The notes under the pieces: generated by a model
Told to the model about the DNA's origin: nothing
Seen by the model: only the letters and a program-made list of their open reading frames with translations
Database searches by the model: none
In this document: piece after piece, positions 17,208 through 27,022 of the stretch
How the letters are laid out: each line of letters begins with the position of its first letter
How positions within the stretch are numbered: position 1 is the first letter of the stretch
Translations under genes and position numbers: made by a program
Assembly (NCBI GenBank): GCA_045606105.1
Contig: JAZURI010000007.1
Coordinates: 32,001 to 96,000 of the forward strand
Direction: 5' to 3'
Source: Spirochaetia bacterium
GTDB lineage: Bacteria > Spirochaetota > Spirochaetia > CADAEX01
Length of the DNA stretch: 64,000 bases

Positions 17208-18419
17208 ATGATGAAAAAAAGATGTGTTCTTACTACACTGCTTTTAATCGTTGTTCTGCTCGCAAGCTGTGGTGGAAATTCTGCACCAGCAGCAGCTGAA
17301 GCTGCACCTGCAGCAGCAGCCGCTCCGGTTGAAACATTCAACTGGAAGATGGTTTCATGTTGGTCACCACAGTATCACCTTGGAGACCAGGACCGTGAAT
17401 TCATGGTTCGTCTTGATGCTCTCGTTGGCGATCAGATGAAAGTTGACTACTTCGTAGAAAACGCACTCGTAGGACCAAAAGAGGTTTTCGATGCAGTTAA
17501 AGACGACGTTGCTCAGTTTGGTTCCGACTATCCAGGATACTGGGCCGGAAAAGACACAGCATTCAACCTGCTCTCTTCATGGCCAATGTGGATGGATGCA
17601 TATGACTACATTAACTGGATCTACTACGATCCAAGTTTCGCTGGTCGTATGAACGACGAAATCGCAAAACCAGGTAACAGCGTTGGACAGGGTATGAAAG
17701 AGTACAAGAGAGTATACGGAAACTTCGGAATCGAAGCATTCCCATTCGGACCTATCACAATCGAATCTGGTCCTAGAGGTACAAAGCCTATCAAAGGTCT
17801 TGCTGACTACAAAGGACTCAAAATCAGAATGTCTGGTTCATCACAGGGACAGATCCTGAAGAAACTCGATGCAGCTCAGGTTGGTATCCAGAGCTCAGAA
17901 GTTTATCAGGCTATGCAGACCGGTGTTATCGATGCAGCTGAATCTTGTACACCTTACCTCGACTGGGGTCTCGGATACAACGAAATCACAAAGTACTCAT
18001 CACACCCAGGTTGGCACCAGCCAGGTTCTATGTGTTCTCTTCTCGTAAACAAGGCTAAATATGATGCTCTCCCACAGAACATCAAGTCAGCTATCGAAAT
18101 TGCAGCTCAGGCAACAGCTCTGCAGACACTCGCAATGGAAGACAGAACATCAGGTATCTACACAAACAAATTCAAGAGCGAAGTTGGCGTACAGTCATTC
18201 AAGCTTCCTGAAGCAGACCTCAAGATTCTTGCTGGTTACAGTGTAGAAATTATGTACGAATTTGCTGCAAAGAACCCTTCTTTCGCACAGACAGCTTACT
18301 CAATGGCTTCTTATATGCATGAGTATCAGGCTTGGAGACAGCTCAATGACATCTACGGTCATGGATGGGCAGATCTTCCACTTCCTGACCTTGCTAAGCT
18401 GAAAAGCTACATCAAATAA
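17208..18419 (+). CDS. dctP: TRAP transporter substrate-binding lipoprotein (DctP, TakP-like)
   Basis: Lipobox LLASC, Ala/Pro linker, WKMVSCW, YWAGK, GLKIR, VYQAMQTGVIDAAE, PGWHQP. Confidence 0.9.
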   Translation: MMKKRCVLTTLLLIVVLLASCGGNSAPAAAEAAPAAAAAPVETFNWKMVSCWSPQYHLGDQDREFMVRLDALVGDQMKVDYFVENALVGPKEVFDAVKDDVAQFGSDYPGYWAGKDTAFNLLSSWPMWMDAYDYINWIYYDPSFAGRMNDEIAKPGNSVGQGMKEYKRVYGNFGIEAFPFGPITIESGPRGTKPIKGLADYKGLKIRMSGSSQGQILKKLDAAQVGIQSSEVYQAMQTGVIDAAESCTPYLDWGLGYNEITKYSSHPGWHQPGSMCSLLVNKAKYDALPQNIKSAIEIAAQATALQTLAMEDRTSGIYTNKFKSEVGVQSFKLPEADLKILAGYSVEIMYEFAAKNPSFAQTAYSMASYMHEYQAWRQLNDIYGHGWADLPLPDLAKLKSYIK

Positions 18420-18489
18420 GATTGCTTTTTGACGGAAGTTTCCGTAAAGTCTGTCGGGTAACCGGCAGACTTTATCAGGAGGCGCAAGC

Positions 18490-18524
18490 GGGCATCGGGC
18501 TAAAGCCTAATGCCCTTACTTTTT
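18490..18524 (+). terminator. terminator-like hairpin between dctP and dctQ
   Basis: GGGCAT-CGGGC-TAAA-GCCT-AATGCCC followed by TTACTTTTT. Confidence 0.55.
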
Positions 18525-18652
18525 GTAAAAAAAGAGCTTGTGTTTATTGGTTTGGAAACTATTAATTCTTGGTAAAATAATTTTCGAAAATCATTTAGAT
18601 TTTCTTGCGAATAAAATAAATAGAGCTATTTATTTAGGAGAAATATTTTAAA

Positions 18653-19183
18653 ATGAGAAATTTGGCGCATAAGTACTGTTTTCTTGCCGACACTCTCAGT
18701 GACTGGGTAGGAAAAACATGTATGTGGTCTGCGGCAATTGGTATGCTTATCATGATTTACGAAGTATTCACAAGATACGTATTCCACATGGCTAATGACT
18801 GGGTTTTTGAAACCACAATTATGATTTATGCTTTCCATTTCTGTATGTGTGCTTCTTATGCACTCAAAAATGGTGCGCATGTTGCTATTGACATCATTTC
18901 CGGAAGATGCAGCCTCAGAACACAGGCTATCCTGGATATGATTTCATACATTATCTTTTTCTTTCCTTCTGTTGGTGTTGTATTCTTCAGAGGAATCAAG
19001 TTCGCAGCTGACTCATGGAGGATCAAAGAGGTTTCATGGTCAGAGTTCCCTGCACCTATCTATCTTCAGAAGACTATCATTCCTGTAATGTCAGGTCTTC
19101 TCCTTATTCAGGGTCTTGCTATCTTCATCAGAAGAATTGAACAGGCAATTGACGGTGACAACTACAAAAAGGAGGCAAAATAA
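18653..19183 (+). CDS. dctQ: TRAP small permease
   Basis: 4 TM segments, YEVFTRYVF, HVAIDII. Confidence 0.92.
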   Translation: MRNLAHKYCFLADTLSDWVGKTCMWSAAIGMLIMIYEVFTRYVFHMANDWVFETTIMIYAFHFCMCASYALKNGAHVAIDIISGRCSLRTQAILDMISYIIFFFPSVGVVFFRGIKFAADSWRIKEVSWSEFPAPIYLQKTIIPVMSGLLLIQGLAIFIRRIEQAIDGDNYKKEAK

Positions 19184-20547
19184 TGGGATTTGAAGGTTTT
19201 GTAATGACTCCTGGGTTCGTAGCCGTTGCTATGTTCATAGGTCTTTTGGCTGGTCTTTTCCTTGGCCACCCACTTGCATTCGTTCTTGGTGGACTTGCTG
19301 TTATTTTCGGTTTCTTCAGCCAGAAATATCACGTGGCATTCCCATCACTTATGATGAATAAATTCAATGCGCAGATGTCCAACTACACCTATGTAGCCAT
19401 CCTATTCTTTATATTCATGGCGAACTTTATGGGTGAGTCGGGTATGGCGGACGGTCTCTTCAAGTCTGTACAGTATCTGTTCGGACCGGTAAGAGGTGGT
19501 ATTGCAGTTGCAGTAATCGTAGTATCTACACTCCTTGCTGCATGTACAGGTACAACTGGTGCTTCCTGTGTAACAATGGGTGTACTCGCTCTTCCTGTAA
19601 TGAAAGCTAACCATTACTCAATGAAGCTTTCCTGTGGTGCTATTGCCGGTTCATCTGCTCTTGGTATTCTTATCCCGCCTAGTATCATGCTCCTCGTACT
19701 TGCTGAGCTTTCAGGTTGTACAGTAGGACAGCTCTTCGCAGGTTCTATCCTTCCTGGTATTCTCCTTGCTGTAATGTATATCATCTACGCAGTTTACCAG
19801 TGCTGGAGACACCCTTGGAAAGGTCCTGCTCTTCCTCTCGAAGTAAGAAGACAGGTTACAAGAGGTCAGCTTGCAAAAATGCTCATTATCAACCTCTGTC
19901 CTCCTCTTCTCCTTATCGGTGCCGTACTTGGTGTACTCTTCACAGGTGTTGCTACACCTACTGAAGCATCTGCTACAGGTGCTTTCTGTGCACTCGGTCT
20001 TTACATCGGTTACGGAAGATTCTCATGGAAGGGTCTTGTAAAGATCATGGAAGACACAGCTAACACAGTATCTATGGTACTTATCGTTATGACAGGTGCC
20101 GGATTCTTCACAGCTATCTTCATGGGTCTTGGTGGTGGAGACGTTATCCAGGGTATGATCCTTGGTTGCGGTCTCGGAAAATGGGGTACATATGCCGTAA
20201 TGATGCTTATCTGCTTCTTCCTCGGTATGTTCCTCGACTGGACAGCTATCGTTATGATTACTCTTCCAATCTACCTCCCAATCGCAGACCAGATGGGAAT
20301 GGACAGACTTTGGTTCGTAGTATCTATCGCAGTAATGCTCCAGGACTCTTTCTGTACACCTCCGTTCGGATACAACCTGTTCTACCTGAAAGGTATTGCT
20401 CCGGAAGGTGTTACTACAGAAGATATCTATCTTGGTACTATTCCATATTGGGCAATCATGGAGTTGGGACTCGTTCTCTGCTGTGTATTCCCACAGCTCG
20501 TTACTTGGCTCCCAAGCGTTGCAGTTAAATTGCCTAACGCACAGTAA
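19183..20547 (+). CDS. dctM: TRAP large permease
   Basis: GHPLAFVLGG, LGILIPPSI, GVATPTEAS, TPPFGYNLFYLKG. Confidence 0.95.
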   Translation: MGFEGFVMTPGFVAVAMFIGLLAGLFLGHPLAFVLGGLAVIFGFFSQKYHVAFPSLMMNKFNAQMSNYTYVAILFFIFMANFMGESGMADGLFKSVQYLFGPVRGGIAVAVIVVSTLLAACTGTTGASCVTMGVLALPVMKANHYSMKLSCGAIAGSSALGILIPPSIMLLVLAELSGCTVGQLFAGSILPGILLAVMYIIYAVYQCWRHPWKGPALPLEVRRQVTRGQLAKMLIINLCPPLLLIGAVLGVLFTGVATPTEASATGAFCALGLYIGYGRFSWKGLVKIMEDTANTVSMVLIVMTGAGFFTAIFMGLGGGDVIQGMILGCGLGKWGTYAVMMLICFFLGMFLDWTAIVMITLPIYLPIADQMGMDRLWFVVSIAVMLQDSFCTPPFGYNLFYLKGIAPEGVTTEDIYLGTIPYWAIMELGLVLCCVFPQLVTWLPSVAVKLPNAQ

Positions 20548-20568
20548 GAGCTGAAACAGTTATCAATA

Positions 20569-20600
20569 AGGTTGTCCCTCAGGGGGCAACCTGTTTTTTT
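20569..20600 (+). terminator. intrinsic terminator after dctM
   Basis: AGGTTGTCCC-TCAG-GGGGCAACCT then GTTTTTTT. Confidence 0.8.
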
Positions 20601-20633
20601 CTAAAAATTTTCAACTAAAAGAAGGTAAAAAAA

Positions 20634-21734
20634 ATGGGATGTTGTTGTAAAGCTGCTATCTTTGAAGAAACAGGAAAACCAATCGAAATCAAAGAATTCG
20701 AAATTCCTCAGACAATTGAAGAAAATGCAATGCTTGTAAAGGTTACATTCGCTACAATCTGCGGTTCTGACCTTCATACAATCACCGGTAAGAGAAAAGA
20801 GGCTGCTCCTCTTATCCTCGGACACGAGATTATCGGAACTATTGCTAAGCTCGGATCACCTAACCTTAAAGACGGTTACGGAAACGCTCTTAAGATCGGA
20901 GACAGAATTACTTGGACAATTATGGCTTCATGCGGTGAATGCTTCTACTGCCAGAAGGGTATTCCACAGAAGTGTGTAAAGCTTAAGAAATATGGTCATA
21001 CATGCTGCTATGACAAGGAAATCAAGTCAGGACTGGTTGGCGGTTACGGCGAATATGTATATATTCTCCCTGGAACAACAGTTTTCAAGCTTTCTGACAA
21101 GCTTTCCGACGAAGTTGCAACACCTGCTAACTGTGCTCTTGCTACAGTAGTAAACGCTGTTGAAACAATCGGTGTAGAGAAGGGCGATGCAGTTCTTATC
21201 CAGGGTGCAGGTCTTCTCGGACTTAACGCATGTGCTCTTTCCGCAGCTGCAGGTGCAAAGGTAATCATCATCACAGACGTTGTTGATTCCAGACTTGAAG
21301 ATGCAAAGAGATTCGGTGCAACACACACAATCAACCTCAAGGATGTTGCTGATACAGCAGACCTTGTAAACAAGATTAAAGAAATCGCTCCTTACGGAAT
21401 CGATGCTGCTCTTGAATTCTGCGGACGTGCAGAAGCTGCTACACAGGCTATCGCTGCTCTCAGAATCGGTGGAAGATACATGATCGCTGGTATGGTTAAC
21501 CCTACACCACTGGACATGGATGCAAACAACATCACAAGAAAGTGTCTTACAATCAAGGGTATCCACAACTATGCTCCACAGCATCTCGGAATTGCTCTTA
21601 AGTTCCTTGAAGAGAACCAGGACAAATTCCCATACAAAGAGCTTGTTGGCGAAACATTCCCACTGGAAAAGATTAACGAGGCTGTTGAAGTTTCCAAGTC
21701 TCAGAAATACATCAGAGTTGCTATCAAATACTGA
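20634..21734 (+). CDS. Zn-dependent medium-chain alcohol dehydrogenase, resembling the HpnZ-like (phosphonate-catabolism-associated) subgroup
   Basis: CGSDLH, GHE, structural Zn CGECFYC...PQKC, KYGH, PANCALATV, GAGLLG, GIHNY; subgroup assignment is from recalled motifs only. Confidence 0.8.
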   Translation: MGCCCKAAIFEETGKPIEIKEFEIPQTIEENAMLVKVTFATICGSDLHTITGKRKEAAPLILGHEIIGTIAKLGSPNLKDGYGNALKIGDRITWTIMASCGECFYCQKGIPQKCVKLKKYGHTCCYDKEIKSGLVGGYGEYVYILPGTTVFKLSDKLSDEVATPANCALATVVNAVETIGVEKGDAVLIQGAGLLGLNACALSAAAGAKVIIITDVVDSRLEDAKRFGATHTINLKDVADTADLVNKIKEIAPYGIDAALEFCGRAEAATQAIAALRIGGRYMIAGMVNPTPLDMDANNITRKCLTIKGIHNYAPQHLGIALKFLEENQDKFPYKELVGETFPLEKINEAVEVSKSQKYIRVAIKY

Positions 21735-21747
21735 TTCTGATTTTTAT

Positions 21748-21776
21748 TCCCTCCCCTCCCGGGAGGGATTTTTTTT
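21748..21776 (+). terminator. intrinsic terminator after the dehydrogenase
   Basis: TCCCTCCC-CTCCC-GGGAGGGA plus T8. Confidence 0.8.
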
Positions 21777-21783
21777 CTGAAAT

Positions 21784-24084
21784 ATGAAACATAACGCCGA
21801 CTCCGAAGACTTAAAAAATAATTTATTCCCGCGCAAAATCATAATCAACTTCACAATTCTTGCACTTATTGCCGCAGTTTTCTTTTTCTTTGCCACCTTC
21901 TATGTGAACAACAAGGCCAAGGAGAGAAACGAGCGCATGTACAGGACCCAGCAGATTCTTCAGTCCAGGGTTTCAACCCAGGCTATTGAGGAGAATCTTG
22001 ATGCCATATTCTACAATATAGATATTCTGAGGATTTACTGCCGTGATCTGTTCAATGAGGAACGGACAGTTTCCAACAGCTTCTTCCAGCTGGTTCAGAC
22101 AGGGCGTCAGGAGGTGGCGGCCTTCATGCTGATTGATAACAACGGTAATATCAGGTACAGGAATATTGCCCTGGGAGATATCGGTGAAAGCGCACAGAAA
22201 AAGGTTCTGGAGTATCTGGATCTGTACGGACCGGAAATAAAGGGAGGAATCAGCTATATACCGCCGCTGTATATTGACAGGGACATGCAGCTTGTAATCA
22301 AGCTTCTCCCGGCATGGCAGGATGGCAGGAAGGCCGGTGTAATGGCTGTGGCTATAGATATCGGTAATCTTATAAAGAAATACAGCTTTATCAGCAAGCT
22401 CGGCTTTTCGGGAACCGAGTTATTTCTTGATAAGAACGGTACCGTTATCATGGATTCCAATATCAGGAATATCGGAAAGAATATAAATGATATAATGCTG
22501 GAAAATATAAATACCAAGAGCTTTCCTACGGAGGATATCCTTTCACAGCCCAACGGCAGCAGGAAATACAAGCTTTTCGATACCAGCAGGAATCCTCATA
22601 ATGTCCTTGTGGCCTGGGATTCCGTAGAGATAATGGGTGAAAAGATAATCGTGGTTACAGGAGCTTCTGAAAGGTTCATCAACCGGGCCATCCGGGAGTT
22701 CCATAAGCAGTCTGTAATACTGGGTATCATGGTTGCCTTCATCATCGGTGTGGTATGTGTGCTCCTTATCCTTTCCAGGAGGGCCGTGGTAAGACGAAGC
22801 CTTATAGTCCTGGAGGATACTATCAATGAAAGGACCAGGGAGCTGAATCTCAGCGAGAAGAAATATCAGGCCGTATTCCAGGGTGTCAGCGATGCCCTTG
22901 TGGTGGTTCGTGAAGGGCATATCAGCTATTTCAATGAAAGTACCCTTACTCTTCTGGGATATACTGCCGAGGAGCTTATTGGCAAGAGTCCTCTGGATTT
23001 TGTTTTTGAAGCCTATGAGGAGGGAATGGACAATGTGGCACCGTACCGGGAATATGCCAGGGATGCGCTGGAGGGAAAGCCTGTATCCTTTGAGGCAATC
23101 CTGATATGCAGGGACGGTTCCCTTATATATGCGGATGTGGCCATGGCCGACCTGGAGACCAAGGAATCTCTTATCCTTACCCTCAGGGATATAACCTCCA
23201 GGAAGAAGGCGGAGAAGGCCCTGGCAGAGCTTAACGCTCAGCTGGAGAAAAGAGTTCAGCTCCGTACCAAGGAGCTGGAGCAGGCCAATACAGCATTGAA
23301 GGATACCCTGGAAACCCTTAAGAAGACACAGCAGAGCCTGGTGGAGGCCGGAAAGATGGCATCCCTGGGAGTACTTGTGGCAGGAGTTGCCCACGAGGTG
23401 AATACGCCGGTGGGGATCGGTGTTACGGCGGCATCGTATCTTCAGGAGCAGACTGTACAGCTGGAGCAGAAGTACAGGGGAAACCAGATGAAGAGATCGG
23501 ATCTGGAATCATATATCGGTACTGCAGTCGATACAGCAAAGGTAATACTCAACAACCTGGAAAGGGCATCGGAAAGGATATCCAGCTTCAAGCAGGTGGC
23601 GGTGGACCAGACCAACCAGGAGGTAAGGCGGTTCGTCCTCAGACCGTACATAGAGGAGGTTCTCATCAGCATCCAGCCGGCATACAAGAAGACCCGGCAT
23701 AAGGTTGAGATCGAAGGAGATGATACTGTTGAGGTTACATGTTCACCGGGTGCCATTTCGCAGATCATAACGAACCTTGTGATGAATTCCCTGAAGCACG
23801 GCTTTGAAGGCATCGAGGAGGGTTCGGTGAAAATCGACATCCGCCGGGCCGGAAGCAGCGTGGAAATCGTTTACTCGGACAATGGTATAGGAATGAATGA
23901 AGAGATTGTATCCAAAATCTATGACCCGTTCTTCACAACCAAGAGAGGCAGCGGAGGAAGCGGTCTGGGAATGAATATTGTATACAATCTGGTAACAAGA
24001 ACCCTGAAGGGAGATATCTCTGTAAAGAGCAAGGTAGGCGAGGGTACGGTTTTTTATATAAAATTTCCTTGTGAAATTAGATAA
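21784..24084 (+). CDS. membrane sensor histidine kinase (extracytoplasmic Cache-like domain, PAS, HisKA, HATPase)
   Basis: Two TM segments, PAS (LLGYTAEELIGK...RDITSRK), H-box VAHEVNTPVG, NLVMNS, DNGIGM, PFFTTK, GSGLG. Confidence 0.92.
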   Translation: MKHNADSEDLKNNLFPRKIIINFTILALIAAVFFFFATFYVNNKAKERNERMYRTQQILQSRVSTQAIEENLDAIFYNIDILRIYCRDLFNEERTVSNSFFQLVQTGRQEVAAFMLIDNNGNIRYRNIALGDIGESAQKKVLEYLDLYGPEIKGGISYIPPLYIDRDMQLVIKLLPAWQDGRKAGVMAVAIDIGNLIKKYSFISKLGFSGTELFLDKNGTVIMDSNIRNIGKNINDIMLENINTKSFPTEDILSQPNGSRKYKLFDTSRNPHNVLVAWDSVEIMGEKIIVVTGASERFINRAIREFHKQSVILGIMVAFIIGVVCVLLILSRRAVVRRSLIVLEDTINERTRELNLSEKKYQAVFQGVSDALVVVREGHISYFNESTLTLLGYTAEELIGKSPLDFVFEAYEEGMDNVAPYREYARDALEGKPVSFEAILICRDGSLIYADVAMADLETKESLILTLRDITSRKKAEKALAELNAQLEKRVQLRTKELEQANTALKDTLETLKKTQQSLVEAGKMASLGVLVAGVAHEVNTPVGIGVTAASYLQEQTVQLEQKYRGNQMKRSDLESYIGTAVDTAKVILNNLERASERISSFKQVAVDQTNQEVRRFVLRPYIEEVLISIQPAYKKTRHKVEIEGDDTVEVTCSPGAISQIITNLVMNSLKHGFEGIEEGSVKIDIRRAGSSVEIVYSDNGIGMNEEIVSKIYDPFFTTKRGSGGSGLGMNIVYNLVTRTLKGDISVKSKVGEGTVFYIKFPCEIR

Positions 24085-24187
24085 ATCAGGTAGACTAAAA
24101 ATAATTTTTGGATTATATTAAATAAAATTATTGACAAAAGTCGGCATATCTGATAATTTTCTACATTGTTTAGAATGTGTGTGATAT

Positions 24188-24260
<73 letters not shown>

Positions 24261-24277
24261 TTAGGAGGATTATATAT

Positions 24278-24454
24278 ATGGCATCAAAGAAGAAAGGAAA
24301 TGTAGAACTTGTAGCTCTGCAGTGCACAGAATGCAAGAGAAAAAATTATACAACCTCAAAAAACAGAAAGAATATCCAGGGAAAGATGGAATTCAGCAAA
24401 TACTGCAGTTTTGACAAAAAGCACACAATTCACAAAGAAACAAAAATTAAATAA
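24278..24454 (+). CDS. rpmG: 50S ribosomal protein L33
   Basis: Manual translation MASKKKGNVELVALQCTECKRKNYTTSKNRKN...KYCSFDKKHTIHKETKIK (58 aa); SD AGGAGG; not in the track. Confidence 0.95.
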   Translation: MASKKKGNVELVALQCTECKRKNYTTSKNRKNIQGKMEFSKYCSFDKKHTIHKETKIK

Positions 24455-24469
24455 TATTTTTATATTATT

Positions 24470-24543
24470 AGGGTAGTAGCTCCAACGGCTAGAGCGCTGG
24501 TCTCCAAAACCGGATGTTGTAGGTTCGAATCCTACCTGCCCTG
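24470..24543 (+). tRNA. tRNA-Trp (anticodon CCA)
   Basis: AGGGTAG/CTGCCCT acceptor, CTGGT-CTCCAAA-ACCGG, GTTCGAATC. Confidence 0.95.
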
Positions 24544-24569
24544 TTCTTTTTTCACCTTAAGGAGAATAT

Positions 24570-24749
24570 ATGGACAAGTTAATGCTTTTTTTCAAAGAAA
24601 GCTATGCTGAACTCAAAAAGGTCGTATGGCCTAGCCGCCAGGAAGTTATCTCATCAACATGGGTTGTTATCGTTTCTGTAACAATCTTTGCTGTTGTACT
24701 CGGCTTGGTTGATTTTCTTCTTATTCTTGGAATGGATTTGATTTTCTGA
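24570..24749 (+). CDS. secE: preprotein translocase SecE
   Basis: Manual translation ...FFKESYAELKKVVWPSRQEV...TM (59 aa); lies between tRNA-Trp and nusG. Confidence 0.95.
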   Translation: MDKLMLFFKESYAELKKVVWPSRQEVISSTWVVIVSVTIFAVVLGLVDFLLILGMDLIF

Positions 24750-24765
24750 TCGGAGTTAAGGGTAT

Positions 24766-25320
24766 ATGGCAAGAGAATGGTATATTCTTTCTACATACTC
24801 CGGGTATGAGAACAAGATAGAAAAGCACATCAGGAAATTCATGGAAGATCCCTCATTCGCAGAGATCGTACTCGATATCAAGGTTCCCACAGAAGAAGTT
24901 ATAGAAGTTAAGGATGGAAAGAAAAAGACTGTAAAGCGCAAGTTTCTTCCGGGTTATGTTCTCCTCGAAATGGATCTTTCAGAAACAAACTGGAAGGAGC
25001 CATGTTCCAGAATCAAGAGGATTGACGGGGCTTCAGGCTTCGTAGGTGTTGCCGGCAACAAGAAGCCGTGTCCTATTCCTGCAGAGGAGGCCAAGGCTAT
25101 TCTCCAGAAGACAGGAGAAATCAAGGCAGACAAGCACGCCAAGTTCAAGCAGACTTTTGATGTGGATGAAAAGGTCAAGATTATCGACGGTGCTTTCACC
25201 GATTTTGAAGGCGTTGTTGAAGAAGTAAATGTCGAAAAAGGCAAAATAAGAGTCGTAGTTAGTATTTTCGGTCGTCCGACCCCTGTAGAGCTTGACTTTG
25301 CACAGGTTGAGAAGATCTGA
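24766..25320 (+). CDS. nusG: transcription factor NusG
   Basis: WYILSTYSGYE, FLPGYV, KOW domain, IFGRPTPVEL. Confidence 0.97.
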   Translation: MAREWYILSTYSGYENKIEKHIRKFMEDPSFAEIVLDIKVPTEEVIEVKDGKKKTVKRKFLPGYVLLEMDLSETNWKEPCSRIKRIDGASGFVGVAGNKKPCPIPAEEAKAILQKTGEIKADKHAKFKQTFDVDEKVKIIDGAFTDFEGVVEEVNVEKGKIRVVVSIFGRPTPVELDFAQVEKI

Positions 25321-25345
25321 TCATAACCGGTAAGTTTTACCGTCT

Positions 25346-25386
25346 TGATGGGAGTTTTCCGGCATACGGGAAACGGTATTACCACA
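25346..25386 (+). promoter_or_regulatory. probable L1-binding autogenous leader of rplK-rplA
   Basis: TGGGAG-hairpin(TTTTCCG/CGGGAAA)-TATTACCAC pattern just before the rplK SD. Confidence 0.6.
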
Positions 25387-25398
25387 AAGGAGAAAAAA

Positions 25399-25830
25399 AT
25401 GGCAAAGAAAAAAATTGTTGCTTACATTAAATTGCAGATTCCTGCTGGGAAAGCAACTCCGGCACCTCCGGTCGGTCCTGCTCTCGGACCTCACGGTGTA
25501 AGTGCTCCGCAGTTTGTTCAGCAGTTTAATGATAAGACCAAGGGAATGGAACCGGGCCTTGTTGTACCTGTAGTTATTACAGTTTACGGCGACAAGACTT
25601 TCAGCTTCGTTCTGAAGACACCTCCTGCAGCTGTTCTTATCAAGAAAGCATGCGGAATTAACAGTGGATCGGCAGAACCTCACAAGACAAAGGTTGCCAA
25701 GCTTTCACAGGCTGATCTTAAAAAGATTGCAGAGACTAAGATGCCTGATATCAATGCAAACGATATCGATGCTGCAATGAAAATTATTGCTGGTACTGCA
25801 CGCAGTATGGGTGTTGAGGTGGAGAAGTAA
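25399..25830 (+). CDS. rplK: 50S ribosomal protein L11
   Basis: [19 protein letters not shown]; ATG 25399 after AAGGAG. Confidence 0.97.
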   Translation: MAKKKIVAYIKLQIPAGKATPAPPVGPALGPHGVSAPQFVQQFNDKTKGMEPGLVVPVVITVYGDKTFSFVLKTPPAAVLIKKACGINSGSAEPHKTKVAKLSQADLKKIAETKMPDINANDIDAAMKIIAGTARSMGVEVEK

Positions 25831-25832
25831 GA

Positions 25833-26504
25833 ATGAAAAAAGGTAAAAAATTCCAGGAAGCTGTAAAAAAATACAACAAACAGGAAGTTTATGCTTTTGA
25901 AGATGGAGCAAAGCTTGCTAAGGAAATTGCATTTGCAAAATTCGATGAAACAATCGACCTTTCAATCAGACTCAATCTTAAAAAGGGGCAGAGTGTAAGA
26001 GATACCCTCGTTCTTCCTAACCAGTTCAAGGGCGAAAAGAAGATTCTCGTATTCGCCAAGGGTGAAAAGGCTGAAGAAGCAAAGGCTGCCGGTGCGGCAT
26101 ATGTCGGAGACACAGACCTCGTTGAAAAGATCAGAGGCGGATGGCTCGATTTCGATGTAGCAGTTGCAACACCTGACATGATGAAGGATGTAGGTAAGCT
26201 CGGTCCGGTTCTCGGTAGAAGAGGACTCATGCCTAACCCAAAGACACATACAGTAACTTTTGATGTAAAGGAAGCTATTGCCGAACTCAAGAAGGGTCGT
26301 ACAGAGTACAGATCTGACAAGACAGGTATCGTAAGTGTTTCCGTAGGTAAAGTATCAATGGATGCTGCACAGATTGTAGAGAACATCAAGGTTGTTGTTT
26401 CAGAGGTTGAAAGAAAGAGACCTGCTGATGCAAAGGGTGATTTTGTTCTTTCTCTGGCCATCTCATCAACAATGGGACCTGGTATCAAGGTTAAGAAGGC
26501 TTAG
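25833..26504 (+). CDS. rplA: 50S ribosomal protein L1
   Basis: [23 protein letters not shown]. Confidence 0.97.
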   Translation: MKKGKKFQEAVKKYNKQEVYAFEDGAKLAKEIAFAKFDETIDLSIRLNLKKGQSVRDTLVLPNQFKGEKKILVFAKGEKAEEAKAAGAAYVGDTDLVEKIRGGWLDFDVAVATPDMMKDVGKLGPVLGRRGLMPNPKTHTVTFDVKEAIAELKKGRTEYRSDKTGIVSVSVGKVSMDAAQIVENIKVVVSEVERKRPADAKGDFVLSLAISSTMGPGIKVKKA

Positions 26505-26515
26505 GAGAGTAGAAA

Positions 26516-27022
26516 ATGGCAGAATATGTAGTAAAAGTACAGGAAAACAAGAAAGAGGCAGTTGCAGACCTCAGAGCAAAGTTCGAAGGTGTTTCAAACT
26601 TCATTTTTGCAGACTACAGAGGACTGACAGTAGCTCAGATTACAGAAATCAGAAAGAAGCTCCGTGAAAGCGATGCAGATTTCAAGGTTGTAAAAAACAG
26701 ATTTGCAAAGATTGCAATGAGAGATCTGGGATTCACAGAAGTTGATGATTTCCTTAAAGGGCCTACAGCTGTTGCTGCTGTTCCTGAAGAATCAAACGCA
26801 GTTGCAAAAGCACTTTTCGATTTCAAGAACGGTGGTATGCCGCTTGCAGTAAAGGGTGCCTATGTTGACGGTATGCTCTTCGATGCAGCTCAGATTGAAG
26901 CATTCTCAAAGCTTCCTTCAAGAGCTCAGCTCATTGCTACGTTGATGGGTATGATGAAGTCTCCGGTACAGAAGCTGGCAGGAACACTTCAGGCTATCGT
27001 GGATCAGAGCGAAGGAAAATAA
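26516..27022 (+). CDS. rplJ: 50S ribosomal protein L10
   Basis: DYRGLTV, VVKN, GPTA, SKLPSR. Confidence 0.97.
   Translation: MAEYVVKVQENKKEAVADLRAKFEGVSNFIFADYRGLTVAQITEIRKKLRESDADFKVVKNRFAKIAMRDLGFTEVDDFLKGPTAVAAVPEESNAVAKALFDFKNGGMPLAVKGAYVDGMLFDAAQIEAFSKLPSRAQLIATLMGMMKSPVQKLAGTLQAIVDQSEGK

Noticed and set aside
18464-18515. GGCGCAAGC...GGGCTAAAG resembling a c-di-GMP-I riboswitch
   Set aside because: It lacks the GGCAAAC...GAAA tetraloop arm, and the segments are explained by simple hairpins. An Rfam scan would settle it.
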